Of a stretch of DNA of 64,000 nucleotides, positions 38,195-51,479 are shown piece after piece; the stretch's first letter is position 1; every line of letters starts with the position of its first letter. The translations under genes were made by a program, and so were the position numbers. Source of the stretch: Mobula hypostoma (lineage: Eukaryota); NCBI RefSeq assembly GCF_963921235.1, contig NC_086109.1:4962001-5026000 (forward strand), in the 5' to 3' direction. Below the pieces are notes generated by a model. That model saw only the letters and a program-made list of their open reading frames with translations, was not told the DNA's origin and made no database searches.

Positions 38195-39444
38195 AGGCTG
38201 CTGGAAAATTTCCACGAGCAGTTTCACCGCTCCATGAGCACAGCAGCAACTCACCGTCCCCACAGGCGGCAGATGCAAATTCTGGATTGAATTCTCTTCC
38301 CAAGTACAGCTCGCAGCCTAGTGGTGACAGCATTGGCCTGGAGTCCAGCACTGAAGAAGTTTGGCAAAGGTCCCTCCCTACACCAGTTCATCTGTCGGTG
38401 GAATCCAGGAATGACAAGGTGAAGTTGGGCCCTCCGACAGCTCCGAAACCCGGGAAACTTCCCCCCAACATCATCCTGAAAAGCTTCCCCAAGAAAAGTG
38501 ATATTGGGTTCCATCCTCCAGGTCTTCTGAAAGGGTCGAAAGATGCTCAGCGAAGCAACGGGGCGTCCAAGGAGGGTGTCAATGAGGGTGAGGCACAGCA
38601 GATCCGGATGGAGGCTTTGGCCAAACTGGGGTTGCTATCGGAGGGAGACAGCTGGAAGTGGAGCAATTCGGATTTCGCGAAAACAGCCAATGGTCAGTTG
38701 GGCACAGGGGGCAGCGGGGAGAAAGGCAGTCACCCCGAGACAGATGTGACACAGAGCAAGTATCACATTCCGAGAGGGCTGCGTGTTGATACCAGCCACC
38801 CAGTTGCCAGCGCTGCGGGTCCTGGCGTGAGGCTGGCAGCTGAGAAACCAAGCAAGGGCCAAGATAATGGGAAAAGGCTACACTGGCAGCTCCCAGATGC
38901 CAAATCAAACTACTTGAAGAGGTTTAGTGCCCCCAGTGAGAACATTCTGCCCAGCCAACATCTGACGCCATCCAACACTGCCCTGAGCGCTGGCACCAGC
39001 AAAACATTGCCCAGTGTCAAAAGATCCACAAATTTAAATGAAGGCCACGTGAGAAATGTCAGCTTACCACACTGGCCACTGGGCTCCAGCAAATCCAGCA
39101 GCCTGAAGCGGTTTGGTGCATCCAGTGATAACCAGGTGAACCCATACCCTGACCTGACACGGGGTGGCTCCATCGCCGGCACTGCCGGTGTTCCGGATCA
39201 GAACAAAGTCTCTAAACCAAGGCCCATGTCGATCTGCTCAGAGGCCGATCTGTCTGCTAGGCACGGAGCCCCTCTGGATAAAGTGCCATCCGAGAAGCCG
39301 TCTGGGAAATTTTTCCCAATAAGAATACGCCACATCTCGGCCAAATCTCCGCCCAAAGGACTGAACGTGCAAGCGGTCACACCAGGGCCCACCAACAAGG
39401 ACCACAAAGATGCTTTGAGAAAACTTGGTCTTCTGAAAGAGTAA
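38195..39444 (+). CDS. C1orf116: SARG/C1orf116-family protein, last coding exon (total CDS 1491 nt, 496 aa)
   Basis: Acceptor TTGTTTGTTCCCGAACAG|, phase 1, in frame with ORF 38287-39444. SARG-family motifs: PPTAPKPGKLPPNIILKS, RMEALAKLGLL, KPRPMS, C-terminal HKDALRKLGLLKE*. The family call is strong; exact orthology is less certain. Confidence 0.88.
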
Positions 39445-40575
39445 CCCACTGCCTTGGTACCAGGTATTTATGGACTTCATGGTATCTACCAACTGTTATG
39501 GCAACATTTTCAATGGAGGAATGTTGCCCAGACGCAACCGGGAATAACTTGTTTAATTGCCACACCGCGAAAGCCATAGTGGACATTGGGAGACCTTCAG
39601 TTTAGGATTGGCAGTAGAAAGGCCGTTGTTTTATGATGCTGATGTGAAATGTCAGCTCAATTGCCTTGGATTTAATTTAATACTCTGCTGCTGGAGTGCC
39701 TTCTTGGTACATGACTTGCTGAATTAGCCTTTGTGTGGGTGGCCACATTCCCGATGCCCCACCAGTGCACCTGGAAGCTGCGGGTGGTCAGTCACTGCCT
39801 GGACGTCCCTCATCGTGCTGTTACTGGGAGAGAGTTTGTCCTCTTGTCACGTCTTCTGTCTGAACCTGCAAAAGGAACACTCGTAAAACAGTAACAAAAA
39901 TTCTAAAAGTACTAAAGCACGTTAGGCAGCGAAGGAGGGGAAAGAAACCTAAATCTTTCAGGTGTAAGACCATGTCACAGGATTTTAGTTATCAAAAATA
40001 CTACTTTAATTATACTTAAAATATGTAACTAATACACGGAATTAAACAGCTGTTTGTACACATTGTTATCTTGTAAAGGAATTTAAGCTAAACCCATATT
40101 GTAATGTTATCAGCTTTAGTTTATAATGTTTTATATTTAAATCCATACCACAGCAAACCTATTTAAGCATTGGCTCTAATTCTAGTTGTTGACCGTTTTA
40201 TAAACATTTACACTATCCTGGCGATTGTACTGAGAACTGATCCCACTGCAAATGTTGGGTAGTAGCCGGCCGGTGGTGCCGTGGCACCTGCACTGCCCTT
40301 GGAGGCGTGTGGTTCCGGGTTCGAATCCGGCCGGCTTCTTTCTTCCGCCCGTGCTGAGTTGAGCAGCTAGCTAGCAACTCTGCCTCGTAAAAAAAATCAG
40401 GTAAGAATGCTAAAGAAATGGCAAGGTTAAGAACAAAAAAAAATTGTTACCTAACCCTCTGGTTTGGTCACAAAACTGTTTGGAGCTTGTGTTGATCTTG
40501 AGTATATTTAAAACTGTGGATTGATTTGGACCATGTTTATATTTCTAATAAACTTTTTCCTCTAGTATGATTGGC
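39445..40575 (+). other. C1orf116: 3' UTR with AU-rich segments and polyadenylation signal AATAAA at 40547-40552
   Basis: Mostly unique sequence after the stop, several ATTTA pentamers, then AATAAA followed by a T-rich tract. Confidence 0.6.
40264..40430 (+). mobile_element. tRNA-derived SINE inside the 3' UTR
   Basis: B box GGTTCGAATCC, then CCGTGCTGAGTTGAGC...CTAGCAACTC.GCCTCGTAAAAA shared with 29069-29260 and 56544-56820. Confidence 0.7.
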
Positions 40576-40809
40576 AGTTAAATTGTATAAACATTAGAAG
40601 CAGAGTGAATGGAGTGTCTGCTGTAATTTCTTCAGATTCCCTCGCCTGTTGTCTGAACCTGACTGCCAGGGAAGGTCTAGTTACTTCTCTTTTTATTGAG
40701 ACGAGTGACTGCAAACTCTGGAATCCAGAGTAACTAACTAACACACACACACAGATACACACTCTCTATCCGAGGAACTCAGCAGTCAACATTTCATGTC
40801 AAGACCCTT

Positions 40810-41056
40810 TTTCTTTCTCTTTTATTTTCAAATCTTTTTACTATTATTATCCAAAATTTACAAGAGTACATCGAAGTAAACAACACTTACAATATCTCAA
40901 GAAAAAAAACATTATTATAAAGATTGAAAAAAATTTCGGTGATGAAAAAAAAGAGAAAAAGAACTCCCTACTAAGCAGGAAGAAGTGGGGGAAAAAATAG
41001 TCCATTAGGTATTCAACCCTGGAGCCATGCGTCATACAAAAGCTTCTACAGATAAA
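40810..41056 (-). mobile_element. Short non-LTR (L1-like) 3' end with TSD
   Basis: GTCAAGACCCTT / GTCATGACCCTT flanks; A-rich tail on the minus strand. Confidence 0.55.
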
Positions 41057-41203
41057 GTCATGACCCTTCATCTGAACTGGATACTGTTAAGTGTTGTAAC
41101 TTCAAAGCAGTAAATTAATTCAAAGAAGCTCATGGGAGTTTACTTTAACACTTTCAACACGTTGGAGGAACTCAGCAGGTCGGGCAGCATCCGTGGAAAT
41201 GAT

Positions 41204-41240
41204 CAGTCAACGTTTCAGGCCAGAACCCTTCGTCAGGACT
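41204..41240 (-). ncRNA. Minimal type I hammerhead ribozyme motif (Penelope-type) inside a 95 bp insertion with 12 bp TSD
   Basis: Minus strand AGUC-CUGACGA-AGGGUUCUGGCCU-GAAA-CGUU-GACU; TSD AGTTTACTTTAA 41137-41148 / 41244-41255. Confidence 0.6.
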
Positions 41241-41364
41241 TAAAGTTTACTTTAAGTGTGGCATGCCCATATAACGTGGTAGTGTGATGACATAAGGAAT
41301 TAACGTATGTTTGCATATAACCTGTAATTATTTAAATAAACAAAAATACATAAATTACATATAT

Positions 41365-41895
41365 AATGCCACAATGAGGCTACACTCAGGTTGGAGGAGC
41401 AACACCTCGTATTCTGTCTGGATAGCCTCCAACCTGATGGCATGAACGCTGGTTTCTCAAACTTCCAGTAACCCCTCCCCGTTCTCTCTTTTCCATTTCC
41501 CATTCTGGCTCCCCTCTGACCTTCTCTCTTCACCCACCCACCACCGCTCTTTGCCCCTCCTCGCTCCCTATTTCACATGGTCCACTCTCCTCTCCGACTA
41601 GATACAACCTTTTCCAGCCCTCCTCCACCTCTCGCCTCGCAGCATCTCACTTCACACTCCCCACCCCCACATCCACCCACCAGCCTTCCCTCTCACCTAG
41701 TCTCACCCGTCACCTTGTACTCCTCCTCCCCCAACTTATTCTGGCTTCTGCCCTTCCTTTCCAGTCCTGATGAAGAGTCTCAGCCCAAAACGTAGACTAG
41801 TTATTCCCCCCCATAGATGCTGCCTGACCTGCTAAGTTCCTCCAGCAGTTTGCGTGTGTTACTTTTAACTTCCAACGTCTGCAGAATATCTTCTG
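41365..41895 (+). mobile_element. Penelope-like 3' remnant (similar remnants at 43310-44135)
   Basis: EATLRLEEQHLVFCLDSLQPDGMNAGFSNF peptide, pyrimidine tract, degenerate hammerhead at 41762-41800. Confidence 0.8.
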
Positions 41896-44657
41896 TTTAC
41901 TTTCCCTTTTTATTCCTTGTTCTGGTTTCTGTTCTTAATAGTTGTACATTGGTGTAATGCTGTTTTCTCTGGGCACTACATGGTGTTTTGAGGCCCGAGT
42001 GAATATTTAACCAAGCTGACTGCACACTGCCTGAGCAGGGGGAACTCTGAAAGCTGAACTACCTGTTCGACAGCCAGAACCGGCTGGTACCACCCGACCG
42101 TGTTTCAGCACTCACACGTCTGTCCCTGCAGCTGGCTTCTTTCTGGAGAGTGCATGAACAGCAGAGGCTGGTGAGGGAAGTTCTCAGCTGGCTGTGTGAG
42201 GAAGAGCTGGCTGAAACTTCAGCAGTAAAAATTTGTGTTGGGGGAAGGGTTCGTAAATATTATTGAAAAGTAGGTCAGAAGCTGGGTATCCTGGGGCAGC
42301 GAGTAACTGGCCCACGAGGCACTTTGGGAGCGAGAGGGCATGCTCTACACCTGCCCGGATATCTCTCACTCTCAATATCATTCAGGACTTTGCAGCCACT
42401 CGAATGACCTCCCAACCCTCCGACACGCGCACATAGTGGCTGCTATGTGTACTAGTTACACTTGCACGGAGTGGCACTGTAGTACTCTGTATATTTTATA
42501 CTTTATTGTCGCCAAACAATTGATGCTAGAATGTACAATCATTACAGCGATATTTGATTCTGCGCTTCCCACTCCCTGGATTACAAATCAATAGTAAATA
42601 TTAAAAATTTAAATTATAAATCATAAATAGAAAATAGAAAAATGGAAACTAAGGTAGTGCAAAAAAAAACAGAGAGGCAGGTCTGGATATTTGGAGGGTA
42701 CAGCCCAGTTCCGGGTCAGGATCCGTTCAGTAGTCTAGCAGTTAGCGTAACGCTTTACGGTGTCAGCAATCAGAGTTCAATTGCCACCTCTGCCTGTAAG
42801 AAGTTTGTATGTTCTCCCCATGACAGCGTGGGTTTCCTCAGGGTGCTCTGGTTTCCTCCCACATTCAAAAGACCTATGGTATAGGGTTGGGAGGTGGTGG
42901 GCATGCTGTGTTGGTCACACTTGTTGTTGGCCCCCAGCACATCATCAGACTGTTGTTGGTCATTGACGCAAATGGCGCATTTCACTGTGTTCTTTGACAT
43001 ACACGTGACAAATCAAGCGTATCTTATTTTACCTGGACCATCCTGACTGCACTCCCAGACCCCAGACCCCCATCGTGAGCATGGAGATCACTGTCACAAA
43101 TTGATTTCCCCTTCAAGCTGTCCTTGGGTCTGGATCCTAGAACAACACCCCGTTCACTGTGGGAGCACCTTCACCAGAAGGATTCAGTTCGAGAAGGCGG
43201 CTCCCTGCCATTTTCTTGAGGATAATAGCTTTTGCTCTTGCTTGCCAGGAGCAGTTGCTGAATAAAATATTCAGTATGAAGGCTGACCGGTATCAGTCTG
43301 ATGGTGTGGAAACTATTCTGCCTGGGTAGCCTCCAACCTGATGGCATGACGACCATTTCTGCTTCGTCTCCCAAAAGCGGAATGTCCTGCTGGCCCAACA
43401 TTTTAATTCTCATTCCCTTTCCCGTTCCAACCCGTTCACAATGAGTCCACCCTCAGGGTGGAGGAGCATTACTTAATATTTCTTCTGTGTAGCCTCCAAT
43501 CTGATGACATGAATATATATTCTCCTTCCACTAAAACAAATTGTTCCTTCCACTCCCATCTTCTCCTAATCCCCACTCTGGCCCCTTACATCTTCTCAGC
43601 TGCCTACCACCTCACTCCAGTGCCCCTCCCCTTTCCCTTTCTCCTACAGTCCACTCTCCTCTCCTCTCAGATTCCTTCATCTCCAGCCCTTTACCTTTCT
43701 CAGCCACGTGGCCTCACCCATCTCCTTCTTCCGCTCCCTTGCTTATCAGTGCAGCGCAAAATTTGCCATATTCCCTGTCAATGCTTCAGAATGGTTGCAT
43801 TTCTACATTATCTCACAAACACCTCAATGCTCAAAAATGCCCTTGCAGAGTGTGCCTTTTCTCACCTACCTATCGCCTCCCCCTGGTGCCCCTCCTCCTT
43901 CCCTCTCTCCTGTGGTCCACTCTCAGATTCCTTCATCTCTAGCCCTTTACCTTTCTAAACCACTTGGCTTCACCCATCTCCTTCTTCTGCTCCGCCCCCC
44001 CCACCTTTTTATTCTGGCGTCTTCCCCCTTCCTTTCCAGTCCTGAAAAAGAGTCTCAGCCCAAAACATTGACTGTTTGTTCATTTCCATGGACGCTGACT
44101 GGCCTGCAGAGCTCCCCCAGCATTTTGTGTGTGTGCGCGTTGGTCTGAGTATTTATCCAGTGAGGTGTGATGACCAAGTTGCTGGGGTTTTACACTTCTG
44201 CTCCAAGCCCCCACGTTAGCTGAGTTGGTGCCCCCCAAGGGGAACCTCACTGCCAAACTGTCATCATCATTACGTGCCATGTTGTATGACATGGGTGATC
44301 AAAGTCTTTCCATGATCATGATTGTTCTTGGGAAATTTTTCTACAGAAGTGGTTTGCCATTGCCACCTTCTGGGCAATGTCTTTACAAGATGGGTGACCC
44401 CAACCATTATCAATACCCTTCAGAGATTGTCTGCCAAGCAGGTGCTACATGTTACCCAAGGTGACCTGCAGGCTAGTGGGGGAAAGAGTGCCTTGCACCT
44501 CTCTTTTTTTTTAACTAAGTGCAATCGTAAACAATAGCCAGATAAGAACTACTGATCAAGTCATCTAGTTCCCAAAGAGAACTCTGATAGGCCAATCAGA
44601 TGGTTCATTGTTGCTCAGCGATAGAACACAAAAAAAAATCATATGTCAAGTACATAG

Positions 44658-44866
44658 CAACACACACAAAATGCTGGTGAACGCAGCAGGCCAGGCAGCA
44701 TCTATTGGAAGAGGTACAGTCGACGTTTCAGGCCGAGACCCTTTGTCAACCCGAAACGTCGACTGTACCTCTTCCAATAGATGCTGCCTGGCCTGCTGCG
44801 TTCACCAGCAACTTTGATGTGTGTTGCTTGAATTTCCAGCATCTGCAGATTTCCTCGTGTTTGCGT
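44658..44866. mobile_element. Young Penelope-derived fold-back mini-element with 14 bp TSD
   Basis: TGTCAAGTACATAG at 44644-44657 and 44867-44880; near-perfect inverted arms. Confidence 0.85.
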
Positions 44867-45917
44867 TGTCAAGTACATAGAACAGGCACAAGGGTCGCTA
44901 GTACCCCAGAAACACACCTGAGTGGTGTGGCGGAGATATGTGCTATGTATGACCTGATCTGAAAGCATCATGTTGACTCAGATCGTGCTCACGGTGGAAC
45001 AGCTTAGTCAAGGATGGGGTGATCAGCACAGATGGACAAATTACACCTCTACTACCCCGTCTCATGGTGGAGATGTCTCTCCACCCTGTCACCCAAAGCT
45101 GTACCTTTTGGAAATGGAGCAGGAGTATCCCCCGACATTGGGAGATTGAGAGTTTTTCAGAGTGAAACAGTGCAAGCAGTGTATTTATTTTTAGGTAAAC
45201 TAATATCATGTGAGTTTTGTTTATACAATATCTCAGCAGAGATCCTAAAGTTAAGCCAACATTCTCTTGGGTAAAGCTTGGTTGGAAAGTTGAAATGCCT
45301 GTAAGAGCTCTGTGACTGTAAGACACAGGAGCAGAATTAGGCCATTCAGCCCATCGAGTCTGCTCCACTATTTGATCATGGCTGATTTATTATCTCTCTC
45401 AACCCCATTCTCCTGCCTACTCCCTGTAATCTTTGATGTCCTTACTTCTCAAGAACTTATTGGCCTCCACCCTAAATATACCCAATGGCAGCCTCTGCAG
45501 CCGTCTGTGGCAATGAATTCCACAGATTCACCACCCTCTGGTTCTCATCTCCGTTTTAAGGGGAAGTCCTTCTATTCTGAGGCTGTGCCTTCTGGACATA
45601 GATTCCCTCGCCATCGGAAATATGCTCTCTATCCAGGCTTTTCAATATTTGATAGGTTTCAATGAGATCCCACTTTGTTCTGCAGTGACTACTGACCCCG
45701 AGCCTTCAAATGCAACTCGTGTGCTCAGTCTTTCATTCCAGGCATCAATCTTGTTTACCAGGGGTTCCCAACCTTTTCTAGGCCATCGACCAATATCATT
45801 ACACAAAAAGTCCATGGACCGGAGGTTCGGAGCCCTGTTGTCAATCTCACTGAGCTCTCTCCAATGCTGACACATCCTTTCTCAGGTAAGGGGCCCAAAT
45901 CCACTCACAGTAAAAGG

Positions 45918-45991
45918 AGGTCTGCTCTGGAATTTGAACCCTGTACCTCTTGCGTCCCAAAGCAAGAATCATACCCCTAGACCAACAAACT
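45918..45991 (-). pseudogene. tRNA-Pro (TGG) pseudogene
   Basis: Minus strand AGTTTGTTGGTCTAGGGGTATGATTCTTGCTTTGGGACGCAAGAGGTACAGGGTTCAAATTCCAGAGCAGACC aligns to canonical GGCTCGTTGGTCTAGGGGTATGATTCTCGCTTTGGGTGCGAGAGGTCCCGGGTTCAAATCCCGGACGAGCCC; 8-nt anticodon loop and T-stem mismatch. Confidence 0.8.
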
Positions 45992-48900
45992 GCTGTGACG
46001 CAAACCTGCACAAAACGTGATACATTCCAGGGTCACCATTAGAGATTTCACACGCTTCTTGTTCCTTGTGATTTTAATGTTGGGGTGTGATAGAATTTTC
46101 ATATGATGATGACACAAGCGTTAATGATGTGGCAGAGAGTGAGAAGGAATGATTCAGACTAGAGGACATGGGTCTGTTCAGTCAGACAGAGGATCAGAGA
46201 TAGGCTATAATCCACAAGTGTGTGGATGTTCAACAAATACACAATAAAAGGGAGGATATTGAGAGCCTCCGCTCTGAAAACCTCCGCTCCAATTCTTCAA
46301 CACATCAGTCTGGTCCCAGGCTCCCTAGTGTCTTTCTGATGGTCTTTCTGATGCCCAATCTCTGAGTCGTGTATGCTGAGATATATGCACTTTGATAATA
46401 AATAAACACAGAGTCATAGAGAAGTACAGCACATAAACAGGCCCTTCGGCCCATCTAGTCCATGCCAAAACCATTTAAACTGCCTACTCCCATCGACCTG
46501 CACCAGGACCATATACATTGAAATGAAGCTCCCGTGCACCACTTGTTCTGGCAGCTCATTCCACACTCTCACAACCTCCTGACTGATAAAGTTTCCCCTC
46601 ATGTTGCCCTTAAACTTCTCACCCTTCACCTTTAACCCAGGACCTCTGGTTGTAATCCCACCCAAATTTAGTGGAAAAAGCAATTCAAATTTCAAATTTA
46701 CTTTGAACTTTTGAACCTGTTCCTCATTATCATTTAAAGTTAAATTGCCTATTTTCTTTTCTTCCCCACTGGTGTTGAAGGTGTGAGAACCTTTTTTCAA
46801 ATTCGATTTACCCTCTCAGTGTTTCCTTGTGTGTTTGGTTATGAGTAATGTAAATACTGCCTGTTGGCATTAAACAAGAATGGAGCTGCCATCTGTGAAC
46901 AATAAGGCAGTAACTAACCTGGCGCCATCTCATTTCCCATCCAAGGCAAGACTTCTGCTCACATTTTAAATCTATAGGCAACTGGCGCTCGGGTTGTCAA
47001 CGTGCTCGTCACTGGGAGGAACGGGGGGAAGGGGTTATCTCGTTTGTGTGGGCTGGGAAACTCTCTCTGGGCTGATTGGTTCCGGACGTTGTTCGTTCTT
47101 CGGCTGAATAGCCACCTGTTCTGGTGCATCTGTGCCCCGTACACAACGGGCATTCTGTCAGGTGGAGGGAGGGAGCTCTGCGATGAGAAAATCCCTCTGG
47201 GGGTGTGCTTGATAAGTTTTACTGATAATCTGATGCATTTTAAAAGCCTCAAATAGATTACTAACTGATTTCTTTCTAACTGAAGTACTAATGGAAAATT
47301 CAATCTAAGTAAAATAACGGAAGCCTTTACCTCTGTACCTTCTTGTAGCGTGGTAGCGTAGTGGCTAGAGTAACGCTGTACAGCGTCAGTGACCTATGAC
47401 GGCGGTTCGATTCCTGCTGCTGTCTGTGAGGAGTTTGCATGCTCCCCCCTGTGACTGTGTTGCTATTCTTCCCACAGTCCAAAGACCCACTGGCTGGGGT
47501 TAGTGAGTTGTGAGCATGCTACGTTGGCACCAAAAGTGTGGTGAGACTTGTGGGCTGCCCCCAACATCCTTGCACTGTGTTGGTCAGTGACTTGACACAT
47601 TTCACTTCGGTTTGTTTGCTCGTTATGTGCCATGTTGTATGGCATGGGCGATCGTGCTCTTTCCTTAACCATGGTTGTTCTTGGCAAAATTTCCTACAGA
47701 ATTAGTTTGCAACTTCCTACTGGGCAGTGTTTCTACAAGACGAGTGACTCCAGCCTTTATCAACACCCTTCTGAGATTGCCTGCCTGGCCTCAGCGGTCA
47801 CAACCAGGACTTGTGGTACCCACCAGCTGCTCCCATGGCTTCATATGACCCTGATCAGGAGCTAATTATATAATGCACGTTGGTCAAGAGTGACCCGTAG
47901 TCTAGCAGAGGGAAGGAACACCTTGCACATCCTTTGTAGAGGTGTATCTCCACCCCATTACCCAATGTACAAGTACGTTTTCTGATGGATATGTGACAGA
48001 GAAAGCTAATCTTTATCTCTTGCAATAACTCAAGCCTTCCCTCCACCTATTCTGTTCCGAGGGTTAGCAATGATTCTGATGAATGAGTTAACCAGTGTTC
48101 ACCTGTGTGAAGCTGTGATCCAGGTGTGAAGCTGAGATCCAGGTGTGAGATGCATCCTGACTCACACAGTAGCAATGTTCTGCCACCAGGCTCAGTAGAT
48201 GCAGATATGTTTAGATCTCATCTCCAGTTTTCCCAGACATCCAGCCTGTATCTCTCAAGAGCATGATTCAAGATTGTTTAATGTCATTTTCACCACACCA
48301 GTGTAAAGCAAAGAAATAATTGTTACTCCAGATATGATGCAGCACAAAAAAACACACAATAATAAAAAAAGTAAATACAATACATAATTATTACATAAAT
48401 ATAAATACATAATGATTCTGGTGTCTTCTCTCTTCCTTTCCAGTCTTGAAGAAGTGTCACGGCTCAAAACATTGACTGTTTCTTCATTTCCACAGGTGCT
48501 GCCTCACCTGCTGATTTCCTCCAGCATTTTGTGTGTTACATTTAATATAAGTATATAAGGTAGCTTATATACATTGATTGTATGTCAATAAGGTGATACT
48601 GGGCACAGGAGTGTCTGTACATAAGGTGACTGACAGGAAATGATAAAGCCGTGATGGTGGGAGTGGGGTGTGGAGGGATGGGTTAGTGGGTAGAGGTGAT
48701 GATCAGCCTTACTCCTTGGGGAAAACAAACTGCAGCAGAACTGGAACCGAAGTCAAAGGTTTCACAGCAATGCTTATGCAGCTTGTTAGTCTGCTGTGTT
48801 CAGTACCAGAACATTGGAATTTATCAGTGCTCTCTGCTGACAAGTTCCAGCAGTGGGTTCTACAACTTCTGAAGTTTGGTTCCACTGGAGTGTGAGAAAT

Positions 48901-51297
48901 TCGGATCCCACCATTAACCCGTCAATCCGATGAGAACATAGATGTTACTGGGGCGGATGTCATCTTTTTCCCACTGGACACAAGAGAACTTGCCAGTTCC
49001 AGGGGTCCTGAGGCACATCCAACCCACCAGCCGCTCCTAAAGCAAGCTGTGACTTCTAAGTTGGGGGTCAAGATGGTGAGAATCTGCTCCCATTGGAGGA
49101 AGGGTGAGGAATTTGATAAAAATTAGCTTTATTTATTACGCCTACACCAAGAATCGAAGCATACAGTGAAATGCACCAGCTTGCGTCAACAACCAACAGA
49201 GTTTGAGGACATGCCGGGGGCAGCCCGCGAGTGTCGCTACATTTTTGACACCAACTACTATGGTCGTGGACTGTTTGTCCCACTTTCATCAGGGAGGAGG
49301 CTACGTAGCATCCATGCCACGACTACCAGGCTCCAAAACAATTACCTTCCACAAAGTAAATCACCTCCACCCACCTAAACACCATTACTTTATCATTTCC
49401 TGTCAGTCACTTTTTGCATGACAAAAGCCGAGCATCACTTTATGGACATACAAACTTCAAAGAAAATTTATTATCAAAGTGCCTATATGTTATCATATGC
49501 AACCCTGAGATTCATTTTCTTGTGGGTATAGTCAATAAATCTACGAATAATAACCATAACAGAATCAATGAAAGACCAACAACATGGGCACTTAAGCAGA
49601 GTGCAGAAGACAACAAACTGTGCAGATGAAAAAAGAAGAAATAATAATAATAATAATAGGTAAACTAGCAATAAGTATCAAGAACATGAGATGAAGAGTC
49701 CTTGGAAGTGAGTCCATAGGTTGTGGGAACATGTCAGTGATAGGGCAAGTGAAGTTGAGTGAAGTTATCCCCTTTGGTTCAGGAGCCTGATGGTTGAAGG
49801 GTAATAACTGTTCCTGAGTCTGTGATGTGGGTCCTGAGGCTCCTGTACCTTCTTCCTGATGGCAGCAACAAGAAGAGAGCATGTCCTGGGTAGTGGGGAT
49901 CCCTGATGATGGATGTTGCTTTCCTGAGACAGCACTCTCTGTAGACATGCTCAATGGTTGGAAGGGTTTTATCAATGATGGATTGGGCCATTTCCCATAC
50001 AAGGGCATTGGTGTTTCCATACCAGGCTGTATGTACCAATGTATATAAACTATCTTATGTATATAAATATATATATTTATCAAAATTTTTTTGTGTTTTT
50101 TGTTTGCGCTGCATGGGATTGAGAGTAACAATTATTTTGTTCTCCTTCACACTTGTGTGCTGGAAATAACATTATACAATCAAACAATCTTAAACATAGC
50201 ATGCCCATAATTTACTGAGGACATTTGAGAATTTGAGGACAACATGAATGTCATGGGCAAAATCGCCAGAAGTGATAGGGGCGAACGTGTGGTGAATAGT
50301 TGGGGTCTCAGATGCATCTTTGTGGGAGGAATGGAGCTGCCTTTTGTCAGCTGGGTGGGGATCTCATAGGAAAGAATCTTTGGTACTGTGCGGACTAGAA
50401 CTGGCTGGATTACTTGTTCCGGGGCAAGTAGAGACATGATTGGCCAAATGGCCCCGGTTGTGCTGTAACTATTCTGAGCCTATTCTTATCTGTGCAGCTT
50501 ACTGTGAGGAACATGCATGCTGACAGGACTGGTGAAAGAGGAAATGAAAGGTTAACCCTGACAGCGATAGCTTTGTGGTGTGTGATCCCCAGAGATATAT
50601 GTTGCTTCCTCTTCTATCCTGTTTATAGTCAGCAGACAATTGATTCATTGCACCGTCTCTTTCAGTCACTGCTACTATAACTTAAGAGAATTAAAGGGAT
50701 CATCTTGAATGAATTTCCCCTGCCACTGAAACTTGTTTAAACTTTAACCCAAGATCAATATTTACAGAAGACAGGTAAGGGAAAGGACACAGTAAGCAGT
50801 AATTAGCAAAGCCAAACCTCTCCCTTGGCTGCTCTTGACGTCCTGGGCTGAGCTGTGTCAAATGCTTCAATTATTAATCCAATGGTTTGCATGTAGGAGT
50901 TCACAACTGGCATTGTATAAAACCTGTCCAAGAATTTTAAAAACTGCAGATTAAAAAGTTATGTTCTGAAATAAACTTGGAATACTTTAAATTCCTTTAG
51001 CTTTCATTCTTGAGGAGGAATTTCTTTAGCCAGAGGGTGGTGAATCTGTGGAACTCATCACCACAGATGGCTGTGGAGGCCAGGTCATTGGGTATATTTA
51101 AAGCGAAGTTTGATAAATTCTTGATTGGTCAGGACATCAAAGGTTACGGGGAGAAAGCAGGAGAATGGGGTTGAGAGGGATAATAAATCAGCCATGATGG
51201 AATGGTGGAGCAGATTCGATGGGCCAAATGGCCTAATTCTATTCCCATGTCTTATGGTCTTATCTGTAGAACTTTAATACAAACAGAACGGTACACT

Positions 51298-51479
51298 TCT
51301 CCTTCCCACCCTCCCCCCACCTTCTTTATAGGGCCTCTGCCCCCTCCCTCTTAAGTCCTGACGAAGGGTTCCGGCCCGAAACATTGACTGATCTTTTTCA
51401 CGGATGCTGCCCGACCTGCTGAGTTCCTCCAGCGTGTTGCGAGTGTTGCTTTGACCCCAGCATCTGCTGTTTTGTGTTT
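51298..51479 (+). mobile_element. Penelope-derived short element with near-intact hammerhead (51354-51389) and 10 bp TSD
   Basis: ACGGTACACT at 51288-51297 and 51480-51489; AGTC-CTGACGA-AGGGTTCCGGCCC-GAAA-CATT-GACT. Confidence 0.75.

Noticed and set aside
38287..39444. ORF treated as a stand-alone 385 aa gene
   Set aside because: It starts at a TTG, and the frame extends upstream to a splice acceptor at 38194; it is the last exon of a spliced gene.
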